Below, piece by piece: positions 8,970-18,589 of a stretch of DNA of 32,000 nucleotides. The stretch is from Geobacter sulfurreducens PCA. GTDB taxonomy: Bacteria > Desulfobacterota > Desulfuromonadia > Geobacterales > Geobacteraceae. The notes under the pieces are model-generated. The model did not search any database. It was given only the letters and a program-made list of their open reading frames with translations, and was not told where the DNA came from. The stretch's first letter is position 1. Each line of letters opens with the position of its first letter. Where the stretch lies: assembly GCF_000007985.2 (NCBI RefSeq), contig NC_002939.5:2160001-2192000 (forward strand), written 5' to 3'. Both the position numbers and the translations under genes were made by a program.

Positions 8970-9643
8970 TATCTCGTCTCCAACGGACCGGCCCCAGCCG
9001 CGTAGCGGTGGAAGGAGGGATAAAACGCTTCGACGAAATGCGTGATACGCTCCAGGGGACGGGCGGTTGAATCACCGGCGACCGGCGTACTGATCCGCAC
9101 GAAGGCATTATTCTCACCTGAGCCGAACAGGCGGTCCTGAACCATGTGAACCTTCTGGGCCAAGGTAGTGGCGGCGGTCTTGCCGTTCGTCTGGAACCAG
9201 TAGACGATCTGTTCCCGTTGGCCATCGCGCTCAACGATCATGGACGAGTAATTCACCCGGAGTTCGGGTGAACCGGCCAGGCTCAGTTGCCCCTTACTGC
9301 GCCCCGTGATGCGCCACCCCTGCCCGTTGAAGCAGACGAGGGGATCGTGGGCGGCCCCCACTTTTCCGGCAGTATGGTAATAGCCGATGTAGAGGGTCAC
9401 CACGGCTCCGTCACGGATGAAACTGCGGTAAAGATAGTCGTCGAGCCTGAGTTCTTCGACAACACGGGGTTCCAGAGGCTGATCGCCCAGCGGGTTCCAG
9501 CCTGCCACCCGCTCGAATTCAGAGCGCAACGGCGCGCCCGAACCGTTCGCCGTCACTGCCTGGGAACGACCATGGATTAAAAACGCCGTAACCGCGAGCA
9601 GAACAGAGACGGCAAGCAGTTTCGTGCAACTCACCGATCGCAT
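8969..9643 (-). CDS. epsI: EpsI-family exosortase-associated protein
   Basis: 224 aa. N-terminal membrane anchor, then VAGWNPLG...LDDYLYRSF...VTLYIGYYHTAGKVGAAHDPLVCFNGQGW, matching my recollection of the EpsI family. Start overlaps the xrtA stop by 13 nt. Confidence 0.85.
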   Translation of the reverse strand: MRSVSCTKLLAVSVLLAVTAFLIHGRSQAVTANGSGAPLRSEFERVAGWNPLGDQPLEPRVVEELRLDDYLYRSFIRDGAVVTLYIGYYHTAGKVGAAHDPLVCFNGQGWRITGRSKGQLSLAGSPELRVNYSSMIVERDGQREQIVYWFQTNGKTAATTLAQKVHMVQDRLFGSGENNAFVRISTPVAGDSTARPLERITHFVEAFYPSFHRYAAGAGPLETR

Positions 9644-10503
9644 AGCGACAACCCCTTCCGGATCAGCAGAAACAGGCCGAACGACACCACGAACAGGGCC
9701 AGTCCAAGGACGGTATGAGCGGTCCCTTTGGCAAGATCGATGTTCAGATAATGAAACGCGACGATAAGCACGAATACCCGCAGAATGTTCACGGCAACGG
9801 CAATGGGAATGCCGGTCGCGAACAGGATGGCCCGCAGCAAATTCGAGGTGAGAGAAAAGTAGCCAAGAACGGCACCGATGGTCAGTAGCGCCATGATAGA
9901 GCGGAGACCGCTGCAGGCCTGCACGACCTCAAATGTCCCCTGGGCAAGGTGAATGACATTGCCCTCGCGATACACCGGGATACCTGTCGCCAATGCCAGC
10001 CCCACCGCCAGTTTGCTCACGATGAGCTGAAGCGGGATGGTGAGGGCTGCATAGATCTGCGCGGGGATCGGAATCATGAACAGGAGCAGTGTCAAGGGGA
10101 ACAAGGCTTGGCAATAGACACGGAAACCGAACAGGTACACAACCGTGCCCCACAGAAATGCAACCATGGACAGGGCGGCCAGGGTCGTAATACCGGCGAC
10201 ATGGGCGAACAGATAGGCCGCGAGAGACAGAACCACCAACGCCAGCCCGCCCGAAGAGCCGGCGGAACCCGGGCGGGAGAAGATCTCCCGCTTCTGCCAG
10301 ATGATATAGGCCGACAGCGGAGCGATCAGAAACCCATGGGAATAGTCCTCGGAGCCGGACCATGCCTGCACCAGTCCGGTTATCACCGGCAGAAACGCCG
10401 CCACAAAGGCGCAGCAGAACAGGGCAAGCAGTCCGAGCCTGGCCCCGGCGCTTTTACCACCCATGGATATGTTCCCGTTCGTGGTCATCTCGTTCGTATT
10501 CAT
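9631..10503 (-). CDS. xrtA: Exosortase (XrtA-type, EpsH family) polytopic membrane transpeptidase
   Basis: 290 aa, about 8 hydrophobic helices. EDYSHGFLI motif, candidate catalytic Cys in VVQACSGLRS (codon 9913-9915), and downstream conserved Arg (NILRV) and His (AFHY). ATGA overlap with the deacetylase stop. Confidence 0.92.
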   Translation of the reverse strand: MNTNEMTTNGNISMGGKSAGARLGLLALFCCAFVAAFLPVITGLVQAWSGSEDYSHGFLIAPLSAYIIWQKREIFSRPGSAGSSGGLALVVLSLAAYLFAHVAGITTLAALSMVAFLWGTVVYLFGFRVYCQALFPLTLLLFMIPIPAQIYAALTIPLQLIVSKLAVGLALATGIPVYREGNVIHLAQGTFEVVQACSGLRSIMALLTIGAVLGYFSLTSNLLRAILFATGIPIAVAVNILRVFVLIVAFHYLNIDLAKGTAHTVLGLALFVVSFGLFLLIRKGLSLCDR

Positions 10504-11405
10504 GGTTCAACCATCCCTACGGCCAGAAGGTCCATCACGGGGGTGAAGCGAAATTCTCCCAACAGTCGGCGGAACCGCTCTTCGGTCCGGTGCAGGTTCA
10601 GGTAATGCCGAAAGCGGCTCTTGGCCGGAGCACCGGCCATTCTGGGCTGGTCGGGGTCCATCTCCCAGGGATGGAGATAGAAGATGAACGACCGTTTCTC
10701 ACGCCGGTTGATGCGCCGCAGTCCCCACCGGGTGAAGGCATAGGGGAAAAAGCGGAAATAGCCGCCCCCGGCAATGGGAATGTTCCTGCCCCCGAGGGTA
10801 AGGGTGGTTATCGGCATTTCAAGGATGGACGGCATCTGGCCGGTGATGCCGTCTTCGCTGTCAGGGGCAGTTGCGGACGGCTCCCACCCACCGTTCCCCT
10901 TCACGACCCGAAAGGGGTGGCTCGGCCAGTCAGGGATGCCGTAGAGGTCATGGCGGACGGGAAAGACGCTGGAGTCGTAACAGTAACCGGCGTCGAGCAG
11001 TTCGTCGAAGGCCCAGAGGACTTTTCGTGAGATCGAATAGCTGGGCGCGCGATAGCCGTGGACGGGACTGCCGGTAAGATTCTCGATCAGCGCCTTGCTT
11101 CTGCGGATGTCGGCCCGGAATTCCTGCCTGGTCTGGGTAGAAACCCGGCGGTGACCATAGCCGTGGCTGGCAACCTCGTGGCCCCGTCGTGCTATCTCTT
11201 TTACCAGTTCCGGCGCGCGTTCCGCCACCCAGCCGAGGACGAAGAACGTGGCCTTAACGCCCCCGGCATCGAGCATGTCGAGGATACGGGACGTATTCTT
11301 CTCCACCCGAAGGGGAAAACAGTCCCACTGTTCCGGAGGAGAGCACCCTTCAAAGGCGCTTACCTGGAAGTAATCCTCCACATCTATAGAGAGCGCGTTA
11401 CGCAC
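10500..11405 (-). CDS. Polysaccharide deacetylase, PEP-CTERM-locus subfamily (NodB fold)
   Basis: 301 aa. ALSIDVEDYFQV, ATFFVLGWVAE and EVASHGYGH motifs. GTG start overlaps the OMP gene stop by 1 nt. Confidence 0.9.
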   Translation of the reverse strand: MRNALSIDVEDYFQVSAFEGCSPPEQWDCFPLRVEKNTSRILDMLDAGGVKATFFVLGWVAERAPELVKEIARRGHEVASHGYGHRRVSTQTRQEFRADIRRSKALIENLTGSPVHGYRAPSYSISRKVLWAFDELLDAGYCYDSSVFPVRHDLYGIPDWPSHPFRVVKGNGGWEPSATAPDSEDGITGQMPSILEMPITTLTLGGRNIPIAGGGYFRFFPYAFTRWGLRRINRREKRSFIFYLHPWEMDPDQPRMAGAPAKSRFRHYLNLHRTEERFRRLLGEFRFTPVMDLLAVGMVEP

Positions 11406-12634
11406 TAGAAGACCTTCCTGATCTCCACCATCGCCCGGTTTACGGTGTAGTTGTCTGCTACGATCCGGGGGGAGTGGTAATCGATGTAGCGGTAGGTAAG
11501 CCCCAGGGAAAACCCTTCGCCCAGTTCGTAGCGAAGGCCGGCATCCACGAAGAATTTGCGGGTATAGGCATCCAGCAGGTTCTGTTCGTAACGTTCGGCG
11601 GCAAAGCCGAGGGTGCCGGTAAGACGTTGAGTGAGCTCATGGTGCAGGGTGAATCCACCGCCGTACCGTCTGGTTTCCCGCTCATCGGTTGCGGTATTGA
11701 CGAAGTCAGAGTAGGAAGCGTTCAGGTTCAGCGCCCCACGCTTCAGGGGCATATCGAATACGGCCGAGTAAAAGGTCTCCTCCGTGGAGGCGCGCAGGGG
11801 GTCTTCGCTGTACTGGACGCCGGTGGACAGCGTAACGGTGAAGGAATCGAAGGCATGAGTAAGCCCGGCATTCCAGATGGGATTGGTGAAGGTGTCCCCT
11901 CCCCGGTAGGAAATGCGGGAAGCACCGCCATTGGCAAAGACGAAGCTCTTGTCGGCGTACTCATAGCGTCCGCCCGCCATGGCCTCGTGGCGGTTCAGGT
12001 CCGATTCCGCAGTGTCCTCGATCACGTAGGAATACGTGCCGGTCAGGGAAAGCTGCTTGGTCACCTCATAGCTGAGGTCGGCAAAGGCGCGGTGCTCGGT
12101 CTTGTCGATGCCGGATGGATCCTTGTACCAGGTATTGGTGTAGCGATACCCACCCTTAATGGTGTAGTGGGGGATGGTGCTGATGACGAAATAGGGCGAA
12201 GCGGTGACGATGTTCTGGTCCGACTGGTTGCGGAACAGGCTTTCGTTGCTGGTATCGCGGGAAACGTCGAGGGAGACACGTTTGTAGGTATCGCTGGCTT
12301 CCAGAAAGAGGAACTCGTCGACAATTCGCGCCAGGCCACGGGCGTCAAGGTTGTGGGTGGTGTCGTCGCTGCGGCTGTTGCGTGCATAGTAGCGGTAGTC
12401 GTAATTGTACGCCACGGAGAGGTCCAGAACTGGGGCCTTATAATCAAGTGAAAGGCCCGGAAGCAGGCGGGTAATGAAGTCGTAGCGCTTCCCCTCGGCC
12501 GTCTCGAAGACGTTGTCGGTGAACTCCTCGCTCACGGTTATGTTGGGGGTAAACCGGAAATCAGCGGCATTGGCTGGAAACGGAACGAGCGCGGCGCATG
12601 CACAGCAGATGAGAAGCGGGGCTGCCTGTTTCAT
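11405..12634 (-). CDS. PEP-CTERM-system-associated outer-membrane beta-barrel protein
   Basis: Signal peptide MKQAAPLLICCACAALVPFPANA, alternating beta-strand pattern rich in Y/G/T/S, and a C-terminal ...VEIRKVF aromatic terminus typical of OMPs. ATG at 12634 with a GGGAGAG RBS. The longer track version starts inside the upstream gene. Confidence 0.85.
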   Translation of the reverse strand: MKQAAPLLICCACAALVPFPANAADFRFTPNITVSEEFTDNVFETAEGKRYDFITRLLPGLSLDYKAPVLDLSVAYNYDYRYYARNSRSDDTTHNLDARGLARIVDEFLFLEASDTYKRVSLDVSRDTSNESLFRNQSDQNIVTASPYFVISTIPHYTIKGGYRYTNTWYKDPSGIDKTEHRAFADLSYEVTKQLSLTGTYSYVIEDTAESDLNRHEAMAGGRYEYADKSFVFANGGASRISYRGGDTFTNPIWNAGLTHAFDSFTVTLSTGVQYSEDPLRASTEETFYSAVFDMPLKRGALNLNASYSDFVNTATDERETRRYGGGFTLHHELTQRLTGTLGFAAERYEQNLLDAYTRKFFVDAGLRYELGEGFSLGLTYRYIDYHSPRIVADNYTVNRAMVEIRKVF

Positions 12635-12680
12635 GGTTCTCTCCCTTGAGGTACTATTCATAGCATTGCACAAGGCACCG

Positions 12681-13847
12681 TCAGGCACCGAACATCCTCT
12701 TCAGCAGCCCTTTGGGAGAGTCCTGCGGCTGGCATTCGCCGGTGGTCCCGACCTCCAGGTTCTGGACCTTTTCGATCCGCCTTCTGATTTCGGAGATATG
12801 GCTGTCGGTCTCATCCACGTGGAACCGGAAGGCGTTCTCCAGGGAAGCGACTTTTTCACTCATCTCATCGAGCACGCCGCGGCTCATGCGGGCAAAGTCT
12901 CCCTCAAGGGATTCAAGCCGGTCGATTACGGCACGCAGGGTAGCCACAAGCTCGGTGGCCTCGTCGGAACGACCCGGCGCCAACCGGGCCGCTTCCGGTG
13001 CGCGCTCGGAAGCGGCCACTTCCGCTCCCCCCCAGTAATGGTTCTCGAAATCCAGGTCGCCGATGATGTCGCGGACCATCTCGCCCGGTATCTCGGTTGT
13101 CTGCTCGGCAAAGGCGGAAAGGAGGATGAAATCGCAGATGATGTTAACGAGCCGCGGGATGCCCCTGCTGTAACGGTACACGATATCGAGCGCATCGCTC
13201 GAAAAGGCAACGGCATTACGATTGCCGGCCCGGTCAAGGCGATGGAAGATATAGCCTTCGGTTTCCTCTCGGGACAGGGGGCTTATGTGGCAGTTGATGC
13301 TGATCCTCTGACGGAGCTGGAGAAGCTGCGGCAGGGCAAGGACTTCCCGAAGCTCCGGCTGCCCCACGAGAACGATCTGCAGCAGCTTGGTATCGCTGGT
13401 CTCAAGGTTGGAAAGGAGGCGGATGTCTTCCAGAAGATCGGCGGAAAGATTCTGGGCCTCGTCGATGATGAGCACCGGCCTGTTGCCGAGGGCGAACTGC
13501 TCAATCAGGTAGTCGTTCAGTTCGTTGAGGAGAGCAACCTTGCCCCTGCCTTCGGCCGGAATGCCGAAGTCATGGCAGATCATGGCCAGAAGCTGTTCGG
13601 GCTCCACCCGCGTGTTGAAGATGCGGGAGATGATTGTCCGTTCATCCTTGAGCTGAATCATGTTGCGAATGAGGGTGGTCTTGCCGGTCCCGATGTCGCC
13701 CGTGAGCAGGATGAAGCCGGCCCGCTCGCTGATGCCGTAATCAAGGTACATGAGCGCCCGCTTGTGGGATTTGCTCGGAAAGATGAAGTCGGGGTTCGGG
13801 AGCAGTTCGAACGGTTTAGTTGTCAGGTTGAAATAGGCCTCGTACAT
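12681..13847 (-). CDS. ExeA-like AAA ATPase, PEP-CTERM-locus subfamily
   Basis: MYEAYFNLTTKPFELLPNPDFIF start, Walker A LTGDIGTGKTT, Walker B VLIIDEAQNL, and a C-terminal coiled-coil-like tail. ATG at 13847 preferred over the GTG at 13862. Confidence 0.88.
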   Translation of the reverse strand: MYEAYFNLTTKPFELLPNPDFIFPSKSHKRALMYLDYGISERAGFILLTGDIGTGKTTLIRNMIQLKDERTIISRIFNTRVEPEQLLAMICHDFGIPAEGRGKVALLNELNDYLIEQFALGNRPVLIIDEAQNLSADLLEDIRLLSNLETSDTKLLQIVLVGQPELREVLALPQLLQLRQRISINCHISPLSREETEGYIFHRLDRAGNRNAVAFSSDALDIVYRYSRGIPRLVNIICDFILLSAFAEQTTEIPGEMVRDIIGDLDFENHYWGGAEVAASERAPEAARLAPGRSDEATELVATLRAVIDRLESLEGDFARMSRGVLDEMSEKVASLENAFRFHVDETDSHISEIRRRIEKVQNLEVGTTGECQPQDSPKGLLKRMFGA

Positions 13848-13897
13848 GATTCTCGCTTTCACTCACGGCTGGCGCTTCGCCATCTCACGTCCCTCTG

Positions 13898-14827
13898 TCA
13901 CTTGCTCCCGCGCTTACCCAGAATCCTGGAGAGTTTGCCCGTTTTTTCCGCCGTGGATCGGGCCTCAGCCGGCTCGGCACTCGGGCCGTAACCGCCATAC
14001 CCGTAGCCGTACCCGTATTTGGAGCTTATTCCCACGGCACTGGCTTCGTTGAAAACGATGCCGAGGATCTTCTTGCGGTTGAGAGCGCTGATCGCCTCGT
14101 CGATGTTCGCCAGGGAGCTCTGCCCTTCCCTGACCACGAAGACGATGGAGTCGACGAGGTTGGACAGTGAGCGCACCTCGGCAAACGGCAGCGCCGGAGG
14201 AGCATCGATGATGACATAGCGGTCGGGATAGCGATGCCTGATCTCGTCCAGCAGATCCTTCATCCGCTGGGATGAAAGAAGTTCAACCGGATTGGCGGCA
14301 GGCTTGCCGGCGGGCAGGATCGAAAGCCGGCCGATGCCTGTCCTGACCAACAGCTCCGGCAGATGGGCGCCCACGCTGAGATACTCGGAAAGCCCCCGCT
14401 CCCCCGGAATGCCGAGATACTGTGCCGTCATCGGTTTCCTGAGATCGGCATCGATCAGCAATACCGTGTTGTCATACTCCTGGGCAAGGGTTATGGCCAG
14501 GTTAAGGGCGGTTATGCTCTTACCCTCCCCGCCAAGGGTGCTGGTAATCATGATGGTATTGCGGAACTCCCCCACCGAGGTCCCAGCAACTATGGCCGAC
14601 TTCAGCTTCCGGTACTCTTCGCTCACATACGAATGGGGATCATTGAGGGTGGCAAGAAGCGGATTGTCGTGGCGGATGCCTTCGAGCGGTTCCGCAGGAA
14701 GCGGCGGCAGTTCTGCACGCTCGAGCGGCTGCAGGTCTTCCATTTGACGCGGAGCGACGGCCTGGCCGCGATCAGTCGTCCCCCGCAGCATTGCCGCTTT
14801 CTCAAGGGCCTGTTCAATTCTGCTCAT
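13898..14827 (-). CDS. BY-kinase-type tyrosine autokinase (exopolysaccharide/PEP-CTERM locus)
   Basis: 309 aa. Walker A ITSTLGGEGKS, Walker A' LLIDADLRKP, Walker B YVIIDAPP, and a C-terminal tyrosine cluster YGYGYGYGGYG (13988-14017). Confidence 0.9.
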   Translation of the reverse strand: MSRIEQALEKAAMLRGTTDRGQAVAPRQMEDLQPLERAELPPLPAEPLEGIRHDNPLLATLNDPHSYVSEEYRKLKSAIVAGTSVGEFRNTIMITSTLGGEGKSITALNLAITLAQEYDNTVLLIDADLRKPMTAQYLGIPGERGLSEYLSVGAHLPELLVRTGIGRLSILPAGKPAANPVELLSSQRMKDLLDEIRHRYPDRYVIIDAPPALPFAEVRSLSNLVDSIVFVVREGQSSLANIDEAISALNRKKILGIVFNEASAVGISSKYGYGYGYGGYGPSAEPAEARSTAEKTGKLSRILGKRGSK

Positions 14828-14878
14828 GCGTTTCCTTTCTCCATTCAGACATCACATCAATGCTGCGATAGAAATGAG

Positions 14879-16351
14879 TTACAGCATTCCATGCAACCTG
14901 CTGATGATCCGATCCACGGGTGAGATATTCAGCAGTTCCATGACGAGAAACGCGAGAATAACCATGAAACACGCCCCAGCCGCAGCAAATACCCTGATGT
15001 TCTCGCTCCGCTCCCGGGCAACCGCCTCGATGGTGCGAATCTTGGGGATGACGGCCAGGACGGGAATCCTGGTTTCCTTCAGCGCATCAACCGAATGCAC
15101 TGAATTATTAAGCCGGTCGAGGAGGACGATGAGTCCCAGGGCGCAGCCGAGTCCAGCGACAATCCCCATCAGCATGATCTTGACCCGGTTGGGGCTAATG
15201 GGACTTGACGGCGTGACCGCCGGGTCGACGATGCGGAAGGTGGTTGTCTTGTCTTGGACTTCCATCTGCTTCGACACCTCGGATTGGCCATGACGCGCCA
15301 TGAGCTGGTCGTAAAGGTCCTTGCGGTTCTTCTTTTCCAGTTCGAGCTTTTCAAGCCCGGCCTTGGCCGAAGGGATATTCCTGAGCAGTGCCTGATTGGT
15401 GGCGATGTAGCGTTTGAGGCCGTCTTCACTGACCTTGAGCGCCTGGAGTTCCGCTTCGGCCTTCTCGTACTCCTGGGGGTCAACGACCGTTTCCTGCTGG
15501 GGCGAACGATTTTTCATCTGCTCCTTGAGGGTCTCGATTTCTCCCCTGACGCGGAGCACCTCGGGGTAGCTGTCGGTGTAAGAGACACGGAGCTCTTCAA
15601 GCTGCTTCTGGAGGGCGACGAGCTTTACCTGGAGGGGGTCTCCCGCCTTGCGCGTGACCGGTCGAAGTCCTTCCAGGTGGCGCCTGCGCAGCTGGATATC
15701 ATAGAGTTTCTGCTGAGCGACGTTGATCTCCTCGAACAGCTTTGCTTCGTCGATAGCGATGACCCCCCCTTTCTCGGTTTTGTACCGGTTGAGTTCGCCT
15801 TCGGCTTCTTCGAGTTTGCCGCGGAAGGTGTCGATCTGCTCGGAAAGGAATTTGATGGCACCGTAGGATTCTTCCCGCTTGGAGGATATGTTTTCCTCCA
15901 CGTAGCGCCGGACCAGGGTATTGACGAAATCGCGGGCCACTCGGGGATCCTTGTCCACGTAGGAGATGGTGAAAATGTTGTCGCCCTTGAGTTTGATGGT
16001 TATGTTCTGCTGGATGGCGCGAACCCGGGCCTCGATCTCGGCATTGCTTTTGGTGGTCACGTCGAGGTCGAGATCATTGATCACCTTGGTGACGAGCGTA
16101 CGGCTGGTTATTGCCTCGCTAAGGCCCTTGATGGCCTGTTCCATGGAAGGAGTTACGGCAATCCCCTTGACCAGTTCGCTGATGACATTTTTCTCGATGA
16201 ATACGGTGCTCCTGGCCTCATACTTCTTGGGAAGGACGTAGCTGTAGACCACTGCGGCAGCCATGACCGCGAGGGCCACCACGACAAAAAGGCGCTTACG
16301 GGCGACGATAAGCGTGAGATAGTGCCGGTAGTCGAATTCGGACTGCTGCAT
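14879..16351 (-). CDS. Polysaccharide chain-length determinant (Wzz/PCP family, PEP-CTERM-locus type)
   Basis: 490 aa. N-terminal TM (LFVVVALAVMAAAVVYSYVL) followed by PKKYEARSTVFIE, a long coiled-coil periplasmic region, and a second C-terminal TM (IMLMGIVAGLGCALGLIVLL). Confidence 0.88.
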   Translation of the reverse strand: MQQSEFDYRHYLTLIVARKRLFVVVALAVMAAAVVYSYVLPKKYEARSTVFIEKNVISELVKGIAVTPSMEQAIKGLSEAITSRTLVTKVINDLDLDVTTKSNAEIEARVRAIQQNITIKLKGDNIFTISYVDKDPRVARDFVNTLVRRYVEENISSKREESYGAIKFLSEQIDTFRGKLEEAEGELNRYKTEKGGVIAIDEAKLFEEINVAQQKLYDIQLRRRHLEGLRPVTRKAGDPLQVKLVALQKQLEELRVSYTDSYPEVLRVRGEIETLKEQMKNRSPQQETVVDPQEYEKAEAELQALKVSEDGLKRYIATNQALLRNIPSAKAGLEKLELEKKNRKDLYDQLMARHGQSEVSKQMEVQDKTTTFRIVDPAVTPSSPISPNRVKIMLMGIVAGLGCALGLIVLLDRLNNSVHSVDALKETRIPVLAVIPKIRTIEAVARERSENIRVFAAAGACFMVILAFLVMELLNISPVDRIISRLHGML

Positions 16352-17199
16352 CAGAACATCCCTTCCTTAACGATGATGTAATCTCCCGGGCTGAGCTTTA
16401 CGTTCTGGCTCAGGTCGCCGTCCTTGACCAGATCCTTGGCCTTCACCTCGATAAGTGCCTCTTTGTCGCCGTCCCTTCTGCGGATCACCGTATCGTTCTG
16501 GCGGGCGAATTTGGTGAAACCGCCCGATTCGAGAATGGCCTCCATGACGGTCATCCCCTCGCGGTATTCGATGAAGCGGGGATTGGTGACAGCGCCGAGG
16601 ACGTACACGTTCTTTTCCTGTGCCTGCGGGATGAAGATGGCGTCGCCGGACTCGATGACGATATCTTCGCTCGTATCGCCGGTTATAAAGAGCCGGTAGA
16701 AATCCTCCTTCACTTTTTTGCCGTTGCGCAGAACGTAGGCCTTGCGGTAGTCGGCCACCTTGGTGGAAGGACCGGCAGCGGAACCGCCCCCCTTGCCGTC
16801 GCCGGCACCGACGTTTCCGATGGAGCAGAGTAACTGGAGCAGCGTGGTGCGGCGGTTCAGGTCAACCACACCGGACTGCACGCCGCCACCGAAAATGTAG
16901 ACCTTGCTGTTGGTTATCTCTCGTACCGTAACTGTCACTATGGGGTTCTTCACCAGTTCTTTGAGCCGATGCGCCAGATCAGCCTGCAGCTGGGCCGGGG
17001 TAAAGCCGCTTGCCACCACATCTCCCAGGCCGGGGATGGTGATCTTCCCGTCGGGTCGGACCTTGACTCCGACATTGAGCTCTTTCACTCCCCAGACGGA
17101 GATATCGAGACCGTCCCCTTCGCCGATGACATAGTCCGCGCTCCACGCGAGCATCGGCAACAGCAGGGACAGGGCACAGATCAGAAATTTCAATCGCAT
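16351..17199 (-). CDS. Polysaccharide export protein (Wza/OPX family)
   Basis: 282 aa. Signal peptide MRLKFLICALSLLLPMLAWSA, DYVIGEGDGLDISVW (Poly_export motif) and SLBB-like repeats (YVLGAV..PG). AAAGGAGA RBS. TGATG overlap with the downstream start. Confidence 0.9.
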   Translation of the reverse strand: MRLKFLICALSLLLPMLAWSADYVIGEGDGLDISVWGVKELNVGVKVRPDGKITIPGLGDVVASGFTPAQLQADLAHRLKELVKNPIVTVTVREITNSKVYIFGGGVQSGVVDLNRRTTLLQLLCSIGNVGAGDGKGGGSAAGPSTKVADYRKAYVLRNGKKVKEDFYRLFITGDTSEDIVIESGDAIFIPQAQEKNVYVLGAVTNPRFIEYREGMTVMEAILESGGFTKFARQNDTVIRRRDGDKEALIEVKAKDLVKDGDLSQNVKLSPGDYIIVKEGMF

Positions 17200-17229
17200 C
17201 GCATCTCCTTTAGGATGTCCCCAGGGGAT

Positions 17230-18588
17230 TTACCTCCCCCCCCGCTGGAACAGTACGACCTTCACGGTTTCAAAGATAATCATTATATCAAAGGCAACTG
17301 ACAGATTCTTGATATAGTAGAGATCGTAGCGCAGCTTTTCAACGGCGTCTTCCACCGATGCCCCGTAGGGATATCGTACCTGGGCCCACCCCGTCACGCC
17401 CGGCTTGACGAAATGGCGTTCGGAATAGTACGGAATGACCTTCTTGAGCTGCTCCACGAACTCGGGACGCTCCGGCCGGGGTCCCACCAGGCTCATGTCG
17501 CCGATCAGAACGTTGTACAACTGGGGTATCTCGTCAATGCGGCTCTTGCGGAGAAAACGGCCGAGCTTGGTAACGCGCGGATCATCCTTCTGCGCCCAGA
17601 CCGCACCCGTCCCCTTCTCGGCGTCCTGGCGCATGGTCCTGAATTTGAAAAGATGGAACGGCTTTTCCCGCTCACCGACCCGCTCCTGCCGGAAAAGGAT
17701 CGTGCCGGGCGAGTCAAGCCGGATGGCCAAGGCAACAATCGGCAGGAACGGCAGGAAGAGCACCCCGCCCAAGAGTGCGCAGAAAATGTCGAGAGCCCGC
17801 TTCAGGAGGCGGTTGAGGGCGGTTACGCGGAAACCGGACGAGAAGATGAACCAACTGGGGTTGATGCTCTCGATGAGCAGCTTGCCGGTGACCCGCTCGT
17901 AAAAGGAGGGAGCGTCCATGACCTCCACTCCGCTCAGCTTGCAGTTGAGAACATCTTTGAGCGGGAAGACGCCGCGGCGCTCGCCCAGGGAGACGACGAT
18001 CTTGTGGGCCCGCGCGCGACGAACCGTTTCGTAGAGGCCGTCCTCGCTCCCGACGATGGATTGGGCCGGGACATAGACCGGCTCACGGGAGCAGGCCACG
18101 TAGCCGGAAAGCACGTACCGGGCGCCCGAGGCCGTGACGAGGCTGCCCATCTGGTTTGCCAGGGGACCGGTACCGAGGATAAGCACTCGCTTGGCGAACG
18201 AGGGGAATATGAAGCCCCCCCTGCTGCCGGCATGCCAGAGGAACTGGAAAAATCCGAATACCACCGTGGCAATCATGAGCACGCCCCGTCCGTCCATAAC
18301 GATCGGCAGGAAGAAATAAAGCGCCGAAAGGACAAAAAACGCCAGAACGAGCTCGATGCTGATGCGCCCGATGAGATCCAGCGGGGTCAGCTCCCGCTCC
18401 TGGTGGTACACCTCGACAAAGAAGGCGCAGAAAAGCATGACGATTACGAACAATGCCAGCCTCACTCCTCCCTGGCCGGTAAAGCTTTCCACTCCGGGTA
18501 TTTCGCCCAAGCGGAAGAGGTGAGCCGCCAGTATGGCCGTAACTGCACAGAAACCATCCCCCACCATTAGTGCAATTGAACGTTTCAT
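17230..18588 (-). CDS. Polyprenyl-phosphate sugar-phosphate transferase (bacterial sugar transferase, PEP-CTERM-associated EpsB-like priming enzyme)
   Basis: 452 aa. Four or five N-terminal TM helices, a central Rossmann-like segment (RVLILGTGPLA), and a C-terminal catalytic domain KRALDIF...RVGEREKPFHLFKFRTM...DEIPQLYNVLIGDMSLVGPRPERP. Confidence 0.9.
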   Translation of the reverse strand: MKRSIALMVGDGFCAVTAILAAHLFRLGEIPGVESFTGQGGVRLALFVIVMLFCAFFVEVYHQERELTPLDLIGRISIELVLAFFVLSALYFFLPIVMDGRGVLMIATVVFGFFQFLWHAGSRGGFIFPSFAKRVLILGTGPLANQMGSLVTASGARYVLSGYVACSREPVYVPAQSIVGSEDGLYETVRRARAHKIVVSLGERRGVFPLKDVLNCKLSGVEVMDAPSFYERVTGKLLIESINPSWFIFSSGFRVTALNRLLKRALDIFCALLGGVLFLPFLPIVALAIRLDSPGTILFRQERVGEREKPFHLFKFRTMRQDAEKGTGAVWAQKDDPRVTKLGRFLRKSRIDEIPQLYNVLIGDMSLVGPRPERPEFVEQLKKVIPYYSERHFVKPGVTGWAQVRYPYGASVEDAVEKLRYDLYYIKNLSVAFDIMIIFETVKVVLFQRGGR

Positions 18589-18589
18589 A

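Noticed and set aside
12513-13991. 492-aa + strand ORF. Similar long opposite-strand ORFs lie at 4470-5654, 6875-7852, 15254-16381, 17413-18570, 23413-24360, 28237-28974 and 29367-30653
   Set aside because: Each is antisense to a gene with unmistakable family motifs (ATPase, LegC, GT4, Wzz, sugar transferase, kinase, cytochrome, DUF512). None has an RBS or a domain signature.
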